From Auanema rhodensis (lineage: Eukaryota; Animalia; Nematoda): a stretch of 64,000 nucleotides of DNA. The translations under genes were made by a program, and so were the position numbers. Shown one piece after another: positions 1 through 10,869 of this stretch. Below the pieces are notes generated by a model, which was given only the letters and a program-made list of their open reading frames with translations, did no database searches and was not told where the DNA came from. The stretch lies in NCBI GenBank assembly GCA_964057225.1, contig OZ059900.1, positions 25,482,001 to 25,546,000 on the forward strand, written 5' to 3'. Position 1 is the first letter of the stretch; every line of letters begins with the position of its first letter.

Positions 1-597
1 TTGTTGCATTTGACGACTCATATGAACAAAAATCGATTTAATCAATATTAGCCATAAGGGGCGTGCCCTCAGAATATGCTAATTTCCTTAATTTTCTAAC
101 CCCTGTTTTTTTGTCGTGAAAGTGGAACTAGACGTTGTACGAACAATTTTGAGCTAGGTTTCATTGACATTGCATGAGTTTGAACACATGAAATCGTGAG
201 TCAAAACCTTGTTTACAGCGAAATTTCCAAAAACTGGTTTTCCAGCATAATAAAATATTTCTCATGGGAAATACTGTGTTTTTGTATTTTTCTAGTGTTC
301 AGAATGTAGAATGCTTCATTTTAGTATGTAACACGCTGAAATTCGTTGCATTTGACGACTCATATGAACAAAAATCGATTTAATCAATATTAGCCATAAG
401 GGGCGTGCCCTCAGAATATGCTAATTTCCTTAATTTTCTAACCCCTGTTTTTTTGTCGTGAAAGTGGAACTAGACGTTGTACGAACAATTTTGAGCTAGG
501 TTTCATTGACATTGCATGAGTTTGAACACATGAAATCGTAAGTCAAAACCTTGTTTACAGCGAAATTTCCAAAAACTGGTTTTCCAGCATAATAAAA

Positions 598-615
598 TAT
601 TTCTCATGGGAAATA
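598..615. other. 18-bp near-perfect palindrome TATTTCTCATGGGAAATA (representative copy; present in most monomers)
   Basis: Reverse complement is TATTTCCCATGAGAAATA: 8 of 9 arm pairs match, the other is T-G. Confidence 0.85.
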
Positions 616-639
616 CTGTGTTTTTGTATTTTTCTAGTG

Positions 640-682
640 TTCAGCATGTAAAATGCTTCATTTTAGTATGTAACACGCTGAA
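640..682. other. 43-bp imperfect inverted repeat TTCAGC...GCTGAA with nested TAAAATG-CTT-CATTTTA stem (representative copy)
   Basis: Outer arms match 14 of 18 positions; inner 7-bp perfect inverted repeat at 649-665. Confidence 0.8.
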
Positions 683-3600
683 ATTCGTTGCATTTGACGA
701 CTCATATGAACAAAAATCGATTTAATCAATATTAGCCATAAGGGGCGTGCACCTCAGAATATGCTAATTTCCTTAATTTTCTAACCCCTGTTTTTTTGTC
801 GTGAAAGTGGAACTAGACGTTGTACGAACAATTTTGAGCTAGGTTTCATTGACATTGCATGAGTTTGAACACATGAAATCGTAAGTCAAAACCTTGTTTA
901 CAGCGAAATTTCCAAAAACTGGTTTTCCAGCATAATAAAATATTTCTCATGGGAAATACTGTGTTTTTGTATTTTTCTAGTGTTCAGCATGTAAAATGCT
1001 TCATTTTAGTATGTAACACGCTGAAATTCGTTGCATTTGACGACTCATATGAACAAAAATCGATGTAATCAATATTAGCCATAAGGGGCGTGCCCTCAGA
1101 ATATGCTAATTTCCTTAATTTTCTAACCCCTGTTTTTTTGTCGTGAAAGTGGAACTAGACGTTGTACGAACAATTTTGAGCTAGGTTTCATTGACATTGC
1201 ATCAGTTTGAACACATGAAATCGTAAGTCAAAACCTTGTTTACAGCGAAATTTCCAAAAACTGGTTTTCCAGCATAATAAAATATTTCTCAAGGGAAAAA
1301 CTGTGTTTTTATATTTTTCTAGTGTTCAGCATGTGAAATGCTTCATTTAAGTATGTAACACGCTGAAATTTGTTGCATTTGACGACTCATATGAACAAAA
1401 ATCGATTTAATCAATATTAGCCATAAGGGGCGTGCCCTCAGAATATGCTAATTTCCTTAATTTTCTAACCCCTGTTTTTTTGTCGTGAAAGTGGAACTAG
1501 ACGTTGTACGAACAATTTTGAGCTAGGTTTCATTGACATTGCATGAGTTTGAACACATGAAATCGTGAGTCAAAACCTTGTTTACAGCGAAATTTCCAAA
1601 AACTGGTTTTCCAGCATAATAAAATATTTCTCATGGGAAATACTGTGTTTTTGTATTTTTCTAGTGTTCAGAATGTAGAATGCTTCATTTTAGTATGTAA
1701 CACGCTGAAATTCGTTGCATTTGACGACTCATATGAACAAAAATCGATTTAATCAATATTAGCCATAAGGGGCGTGCCCTCAGAATATGCTAATTTCCTT
1801 AATTTTCTAACCCCTGTTTTTTTGTCGTGAAAGTGGAACTAGACGTTGTACGAACAATTTTGAGCTAGGTTTCATTGACATTGCATGAGTTTGAACACAT
1901 GAAATCGTAAGTCAAAACCTTGTTTACAGCGAAATTTCCAAAAACTGGTTTTCCAGCATAATAAAATATTTCTCATGGGAAAAACTGTGTTTTTGTATTT
2001 TTCTAGTGTTCAGCATGTAAAATGCTTCATTTTAGTATGTAACACGCTGAAATTCGTTGCATTTGACGACTCATATGAACAAAAATCGATTTAATCAATA
2101 TTAGCCATAAGGGGCGTGCCCTCAGAATATGCTAATTTCCTTAATTTTCTAACCCCTGTTTTTTTGTCGTGAAAGTGGAACTAGACGTTGTACGAACAAT
2201 TTTGAGCTAGGTTTCATTGACATTGCATGAGTTTGAACACATGAAATCGTAAGTCAAAACCTTGTTTACAGCGAAATTTCCAAAAACTGGTTTTCCAGCA
2301 TAATAAAATATTTCTCATGGGAAATACTGTGTTTTTGTATTTTTCTAGTGTTCAGCATGTAAAATGCTTCATTTTAGTATGTAACACGCTGAAATTCGTT
2401 GCATTTGACGACTCATATGAACAAAAATCGATTTAATCAATATTAGCCATAAGGGGCGTGCACCTCAGAATATGCTAATTTCCTTAATTTTCTAACCCCT
2501 GTTTTTTTGTCGTGAAAGTGGAACTAGACGTTGTACGAACAATTTTGAGCTAGGTTTCATTGACATTGCATGAGTTTGAACACATGAAATCGTAAGTCAA
2601 AACCTTGTTTACAGCGAAATTTCCAAAAACTGGTTTTCCAGCATAATAAAATATTTCTCATGGGAAATACTGTGTTTTTGTATTTTTCTAGTGTTCAGCA
2701 TGTAAAATGCTTCATTTTAGTATGTAACACGCTGAAATTCGTTGCATTTGACGACTCATATGAACAAAAATCGATGTAATCAATATTAGCCATAAGGGGC
2801 GTGCCCTCAGAATATGCTAATTTCCTTAATTTTCTAACCCCTGTTTTTTTGTCGTGAAAGTGGAACTAGACGTTGTACGAACAATTTTGAGCTAGGTTTC
2901 ATTGACATTGCATCAGTTTGAACACATGAAATCGTAAGTCAAAACCTTGTTTACAGCGAAATTTCCAAAAACTGGTTTTCCAGCATAATAAAATATTTCT
3001 CATGGGAAATACTGTGTTTTTCTATTTTTCTAGTGTTCAGCATGTAAAATGCTTCATTTTAGTATGTAACACGCTGAAATTCGTTGCATTTGACGACTCA
3101 TATGAACAAAAATCGATTTATTCAATATTAGCCATAAGGGGCGTGCCCTCAGAATATGCTAATTTCCTTAATTTTCTAACCCCTGTTTTTTTGTCGTGAA
3201 AGTGGAACTAGACGTTGTACGAACAATTTTGAGCTAGGTTTCATTGACATTGCATGAGTTTGAACACATGAAATCGTAAGTCAAAACCTTGTTTACAGCG
3301 AAATTTCTAAAAACTGGTTTTCCAGCATAATAAAATATTTCTCAAGGGAAAAACTGTGTTTTTATATTTTTCTAGTGTTCAGCATGTGAAATGCTTTATT
3401 TTAGTATGTAACACGCTGAAATTCGTTGCATTTGACGACTCATATGAACAAAAATCGATTTAATCAATATTAGCCATAAGGGGCGTGCCCTCAGAATATG
3501 CTAATTTCCTTAATTTTCTAACCCCTGTTTTTTTGTCGTGAAAGTGGAACTAGACGTTGTACGAACAATTTTGAGCTAGGTTTCATTGACATTGCATCAG

Positions 3601-6600
3601 TTTGAACACATGAAATCGTAAGTCAAAACCTTGTTTACAGCGAAATTTCCAAAAACTGGTTTTCCAGCATAATAAAATATTTCTCATGGGAAATACTGTG
3701 TTTTTCTATTTTTCTAGTGTTCAGCATGTAAAATGCTTCATTTTAGTATGTAACACGCTGAAATTCGTTGCATTTGACGACTCATATGAACAAAAATCGA
3801 TGTAATCAATATTAGCCATAAGGGGCGTGCCCTCAGAATATGCTAATTTCCTTAATTTTCTAACCCCTGTTTTTTTGTCGTGAAAGTGGAACTAGACGTT
3901 GTACGAACAATTTTGAGCTAGGTTTCATTGACATTGCATCAGTTTGAACACATGAAATCGTAAGTCAAAACCTTGTTTACAGCGAAATTTCCAAAAACTG
4001 GTTTTCCAGCATAATAAAATATTTCTCATGGGAAATACTGTGTTTTTCTATTTTTCTAGTGTTCAGCATGTAAAATGCTTCATTTTAGTATGTAACACGC
4101 TGAAATTCGTTGCATTTGACGACTCATATGAACAAAAATCGATTTATTCAATATTAGCCATAAGGGGCGTGCCCTCAGAATATGCTAATTTCCTTAATTT
4201 TCTAACCCCTGTTTTTTTGTCGTGAAAGTGGAACTAGACGTTGTACGAACAATTTTGAGCTAGGTTTCATTGACATTGCATGAGTTTGAACACATGAAAT
4301 CGTAAGTCAAAACCTTGTTTACAGCGAAATTTCCAAAAACTGGTTTTCCAGCATAATAAAATATTTCTCATGGGAAATACTGTGTTTTTGTATTTTTCCA
4401 GTGTTCAGCATGTAAAATGCTTCATTTAAGTATGTAACACGCTGAAATTCGTTGCATTTGACGACTCATATGAACAAAAATCGATTTAATCAATATTAGC
4501 CATAAGGGGCGTGCCCTCAGAATATGCTAATTTCCTTAATTTTCTAACCCCTGTTTTTTTGTCGTGAAAGTGGAACTAGACGTTGTACGAACAATTTTGA
4601 GCTAGGTTTCATTGACATTGCATGAGTTTGAACACATGAAATCGTAAGTCAAAACCTTGTTTACAGCGAAATTTCTAAAAACTGGTTTTCCAGCATAATA
4701 AAATATTTCTCAAGGGAAAAACTGTGTTTTTATATTTTTCTAGTGTTCAGCATGTGAAATGCTTTATTTTAGTATGTAACACGCTGAAATTCGTTGCATT
4801 TGACGACTCATATGAACAAAAATCGATTTAATCAATATTAGCCATAAGGGGCGTGCCCTCAGAATATGCTAATTTCCTTAATTTTCTAACCCCTGTTTTT
4901 TTGTCGTGAAAGTGGAACTAGACGTTGTACGAACAATTTTGAGCTAGGTTTCATTGACATTGCATGAGTTTGAACACATGAAATCGTAAGTCAAAACCTT
5001 GTTTACAGCGAAATTTCCAAAAACTGGTTTTCCAGCATAATAAAATATTTCTCATGGGAAATACTGTGTTTTTGTATTTTTCTAGTGTTCAGCATGTAAA
5101 ATGCTTCATTTTAGTTTGTAACACGCTGAAATTCGTTGCATTTGACGACTCATATGAACAAAAATCGATTTAATCAATATTAGCCATAAGGGGCGTGCAC
5201 CTCAGAATATGCTAATTTCCTTAATTTTCTAACCCCTGTTTTTTTGTCGTGAAAGTGGAACTAGACGTTGTACGAACAATTTTGAGCTAGGTTTCATTGA
5301 CATTGCATGAGTTTGAACACATGAAATCGTAAGTCAAAACCTTGTTTACAGCGAAATTTCCAAAAACTGGTTTTCCAGCATAATAAAATATTTCTCATGG
5401 GAAATACTGTGTTTTTGTATTTTTCTAGTGTTCAGCATGTAAAATGCTTCATTTTAGTATGTAACACGCTGAAATTCGTTGCATTTGACGACTCATATGA
5501 ACAAAAATCGATTTATTCAATATTAGCCATAAGGGGCGTGCCCTCAGAATATGCTAATTTCCTTAATTTTCTAACCCCTGTTTTTTTGTCGTGAAAGTGG
5601 AACTAGACGTTGTACGAACAATTTTGAGCTAGGTTTCATTGACATTGCATCAGTTTGAACACATGAAATCGTAAGTCAAAACCTTGTTTACAGCGAAATT
5701 TCCAAAAACTGGTTTTCCAGCATAATAAAATATTTCTCATGGGAAATACTGTGTTTTTGTATTTTTCTAGTGTTCAGCATGTAAAATGCTTCATTTTAGT
5801 ATGTAACACGCTGAAATTCGTTGCATTTGACGACTCATATGAACAAAAATCGATTTATTCAATATTAGCCATAAGGGGCGTGCCCTCAGAATATGCTAAT
5901 TTCCTTAATTTTCTAACCCCTGTTTTTTTGTCGTGAAAGTGGAACTAGACGTTGTACGAACAATTTTGAGCTTGGTTTCATTGACATTGCATGAGTTTGA
6001 ACACATGAAATCGTAAGTCAAAACCTTGTTTACAGCGAAATTTCTAAAAACTGGTTTTCCAGCATAATAAAATATTTCTCATGGGAAAAACTGTGTTTTT
6101 ATATTTTTCTAGTGTTCAGCATGTAAAATGCTTCATTTTAGTATGTAACACGCTGAAATTCGTTGCATTTGACGACTCATATGAACAAAAATCGATTTAT
6201 TCAATATTAGCCATAAGGGGCGTGCCCTCAGAATATGCTAATTTCCTTAATTTTCTAACCCCTGTTTTTTTGTCGTGAAAGTGGAACTAGACGTTGTACG
6301 AACAATTTTGAGCTAGGTTTCATTGACATTGCATCAGTTTGAACACATGAAATCGTAAGTCAAAACCTTGTTTACAGCGAAATTTCCAAAAACTGGTTTT
6401 CCAGCATAATAAAATATTTCTCATGGGAAATACTGTGTTTTTGTATTTTTCTAGTGTTCAGCATGTAAAATGCTTCATTTTAGTATGTAACACGCTGAAA
6501 TTCGTTGCATTTGACGACTCATATGAACAAAAATCGATTTAATCAATATTAGCCATAAGGGGCGTGCCCTCAGAATATGCTAATTTCCTTAATTTTCTAA

Positions 6601-9600
6601 CCCCTGTTTTTTTGTCGTGAAAGTGGAACTAGACGTTGTACGAACAATTTTGAGCTAGGTTTCATTGACATTGCATGAGTTTGAACACATGAAATCGTAA
6701 GTCAAAACCTTGTTTACAGCGAAATTTCCAAAAACTGGTTTTCCAGCATAATAAAATATTTCTCATGGGAAATACTGTGTTTTTGTATTTTTCTAGTGTT
6801 CAGCATGTAAAATGCTTCATTTTAGTATGTAACACGCTGAAATTCGTTGCATTTGACGACTCATATGAACAAAAATCGATTTAATCAATATTAGCCATAA
6901 GGGGCGTGCCCTCAGAATATGCTAATTTCCTTAATTTTCTAACCCCTGTTTTTTTGTCGTGAAAGTGGAACTAGACGTTGTACGAACAATTTTGAGCTAG
7001 GTTTCATTGACATTGCATGAGTTTGAACACATGAAATCGTAAGTCAAAACCTTGTTTACAGCGAAATTTCTAAAAACTGGTTTTCCAGCATAATAAAATA
7101 TTTCTCAAGGGAAAAACTGTGTTTTTATATTTTTCTAGTGTTCAGCATGTGAAATGCTTTATTTTAGTATGTAACACGCTGAAATTCGTTGCATTTGACG
7201 ACTCATATGAACAAAAATCGATTTAATCAATATTAGCCATAAGGGGCGTGCCCTCAGAATATGCTAATTTCCTTAATTTTCTAACCCCTGTTTTTTTGTC
7301 GTGAAAGTGGAACTAGACGTTGTACGAACAATTTTGAGCTAGGTTTCATTGACATTGCATGAGTTTGAACACATGAAATCGTAAGTCAAAACCTTGTTTA
7401 CAGCGAAATTTCCAAAAACTGGTTTTCCAGCATAATAAAATATTTCTCATGGGAAAAACTGTGTTTTTGTATTTTTCTAGTGTTCAGCATGTAAAATGCT
7501 TCATTTTAGTATGTAACACGCTGAAATTCGTTGCATTTGACGACTCATATGAACAAAAATCGATTTAATCAATATTAGCCATAAGGGGCGTGCCCTCAGA
7601 ATATGCTAATTTCCTTAATTTTCTAACCCCTGTTTTTTTGTCGTGAAAGTGGAACTAGACGTTGTACGAACAATTTTGAGCTAGGTTTCATTGACATTGC
7701 ATGAGTTTGAACACATGAAATCGTAAGTCAAAACCTTGTTTACAGCGAAATTTCAAAAAACTGGTTTTCCAGCATAATAAAATATTTCTCATGGGAAATA
7801 CTGTGTTTTTGTATTTTTCTAGTGTTCAGCATGTAAAATGCTTCATTTTAGTGTGTAACACGCTGAAATTCGTTGCATTTGACGACTCATATGAACAAAA
7901 ATCGATTTAATCAATATTAGCCATAAGGGGCGTGCCCTCAGAATATGCTAATTTCCTTAATTTTCTAACCCCTGTTTTTTTGTCGTGAAAGTGGAACTAG
8001 ACGTTGTACGAACAATTTTGAGCTAGGTTTCATTGACATTGCATGAGTTTGAACACATGAAATCGTAAGTCAAAACCTTGTTTACAGCGAAATTTCCAAA
8101 AACTGGTTTTCCAGCATAATAAAATATTTCTCATGGGAAATACTGTGTTTTTGTATTTTTCTAGTGTTCAGCATGTAAAATGCTTCATTTTAGTATGTAA
8201 CACGCTGAAATTCGTTGCATTTGACGACTCATATGAACAAAAATCGATGTAATCAATATTAGCCAAAGGGGCGTGCCCTCAGAATATGCTAATTTCCTTA
8301 ATTTTCTAACCCCTGTTTTTTTGTCGTGAAAGTGGAACTAGACGTTGTACGAACAATTTTGAGCTAGGTTTCATTGACATTGCATCAGTTTGAACACATG
8401 AAATCGTAAGTCGAAACCTTGTTTACAGCGAAATTTCCAAAAACTGGTTTTCCAGCATAATAAAATATTTCTCATGGGAAATACTGTGTTTTTGTATTTT
8501 TCTAGTGTTCAGCATGTAAAATGCTTCATTTTAGTATGTAACACGCTGAAATTCGTTGCATTTGACGACTCATATGAACAAAAATCGATTTAATCAATAT
8601 TAGCCATAAGGGGCGTGCCCTCAGAATATGCTAATTTCCTTAATTTTCTAACCCCTGTTTTTTTGTCGTGAAAGTGGAACTAGACGTTGTACGAACAATT
8701 TTGAGCTAGGTTTCATTGACATTGCATGAGTTTGAACACATGAAATCGTAAGTCAAAACCTTGTTTACAGCGAAATTTCCAAAAACTGGTTTTCCAGCAT
8801 AATACAATATTTCTCATGGGAAATACTGTGTTTTTGTATTTTTCTAGTGTTCAGCATGTAAAATGCTTCATTTTAGTATGTAACACGCTGAAATTCGTTG
8901 CATTTGACGACTCATATGAACAAAAATCGATTTAATCAATATTAGCCATAAGGGGCGTGCCCTCAGAATATGCAAATTTCCTTAATTTTCTAACCCCTGT
9001 TTTTTTGTCGTGAAAGTGGAACTAGACGTTGTACGAACAATTTTGAGCTAGGTTTCATTGACATTGCATGAGTTTGAACACATGAAATCGTAAGTCAAAA
9101 CCTTGTTTACAGCGAAATTTCCAAAAACTGGTTTTCCAGCATAATAAAATATTTCTCATGGGAAATACTGTGTTTTTGTATTTTTCTAGTGTTCAGTATG
9201 TAAAATGCTTCATTTTAGTATGTAACACGCTGAAATTCGTTGCATTTGACGACTCATATGAACAAAAATCGATGTAATCAATATTAGCCATAAGGGGCGT
9301 GCCCTCAGAATATGCTAATTTCCTTAATTTTCTAACCCCTGTTTTTTAGTCGTGAAAGTGGAACTAGACGTTGTACGAACAATTTTGAGCTAGGTTTCAT
9401 TGACATTGCATCAGTTTGAACACATGAAATCGTAAGTCAAAACCTTGTTTACAGCGAAATTTCCAAAAACTGGTTTTCCAGCATAATAAAATATTTCTCA
9501 TGGGAAATACTGTGTTTTTGTATTTTTCTAGTGTTCAGCATGTAAAATGCTTCATTTTAGTATGTAACACGCTGAAATTCGTTGCATTTGACGACTCATA

Positions 9601-10869
9601 TGAACAAAAATCGATTTAATCAATATTAGCCATAAGGGGCGTGCCCTCAGAATATGCTAATTTCCTTAATTTTCTAACCCCTGTTTTTTTGTCGTGAAAG
9701 TGGAACTAGACGTTGTACGAACAATTTTGAGCTAGGTTTCATTGACATTGCATGAGTTTGAACACATGAAATCGTAAGTCAAAACCTTGTTTACAGCGAA
9801 ATTTCCAAAAACTGGTTTTCCAGCATAATAAAATATTTCTCATGGGAAATACTGTGTTTTTGTATTTTTCTAAAGTTCAGCATGTAAAATGCTTCATTTT
9901 AGTATGTAACACGCTGAAATTCGTTGCATTTGACGACTCATATGAACAAAAATCGATTTAATCAATATTAGCCATAAGGGGCGTGCCCTCAGAATATGCA
10001 AATTTCCTTAATTTTCTAACCCCTGTTTTTTTGTCGTGAAAGTGGAACTAGACGTTGTACGAACAATTTTGAGCTAGGTTTCATTGACATTGCATGAGTT
10101 TGAACACATGAAATCGTAAGTCAAAACCTTGTTTACAGCGAAATTTCCAAAAACTGGTTTTCCAGCATAATAAAATATTTCTCATGGGAAATACTGTGTT
10201 TTTGTATTTTTCTAGTGTTCAGCATGTAAAATGCTTCATTTTAGTATGTAACACGCTGAAATTCGTTGCATTTGACGACTCATATGAACAAAAATCGATT
10301 TAATCAATATTAGCCATAAGGGGCGTGCCCTCAGAATATGCTAATTTCCTTAATTTTCTAACCCCTGTTTTTTTGTCGTGAAAGTGGAACTAGACGTTGT
10401 ACGAACAATTTTGAGCTAGGTTTCATTGACATTGCATGAGTTTGAACACATGAAATCGTAAGTCAAAACCTTGTTTACAGCGAAATTTCCAAAAACTGGT
10501 TTTCCAGCATAATAAAATATTTCTCATGGGAAATACTGTGTTTTTGTATTTTTCTAGTGTTCAGCATGTAAAATGCTTCATTTTAGTATGTAACACGCTG
10601 AAATTCGTTGCATTTGACGACTCATATGAACAAAAATCGATTTAATCAATATTAGCCATAACGGGCGTGCCCTCAGAATATGCTAATTTCCTTAATTTTC
10701 TAACCCCTGTTTTTTTGTTGTGAAAGTGGAACTAGACGTTGTACGAACAATTTTGAGCTAGGTTTCATTGACATTGCATGAGTTTGAACAAATGAAATCG
10801 TAAGTCAAAACCTTGTTTACAGCGAAATTTCCAAAAACTGGTTTTCCAGCATAATAAAATATTTCTCAT

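Larger units (their letters stand above)
1..2950. repeat. 4-mer/5-mer higher-order duplication (second copy has one extra monomer)
   Basis: TTGTTG (1 / ~1369), CGTGAG (~196 / ~1565) and AGAATGTAGA (301 / 1670) recur at +1369; the GTGCACCTC insertion (751 / 2462), GATGTAA (~1062 / ~2773) and CATCAG (~1200 / ~2911) recur at +1711. Confidence 0.8.

Noticed and set aside
58-131. Helitron/MITE terminus (GGGC-GT-GCCC hairpin, downstream CTAG)
   Set aside because: The stem is only 4 bp and about 60 bp from the CTAG; no terminal inverted repeats or target-site duplications bound the monomer.
1-342. Primate alpha-satellite dimer (2 x 171 bp)
   Set aside because: Only the length coincides; I see no 171-bp internal periodicity and no recognisable alphoid sequence.
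1-342. 5S rRNA, tRNA, snRNA or spliced-leader tandem gene unit
   Set aside because: No recognisable 5S sequence, cloverleaf or Pol III A/B boxes; the T7 run alone is not evidence of a terminator.
341-357. CENP-B box-like motif ATTCGTTGCATTTGACG
   Set aside because: Matches TTCG and the central A of NTTCGNNNNANNCGGGN but has TGAC instead of CGGG (6 of 9 core positions); insufficient.
590-690. Programmed diversification (DGR-like or antigenic-variation cassette) in the variable segment
   Set aside because: A small set of alleles is inherited in blocks consistent with duplication and conversion; there is no reverse transcriptase, recombinase or expression locus in the window, and changes are not adenine-specific.
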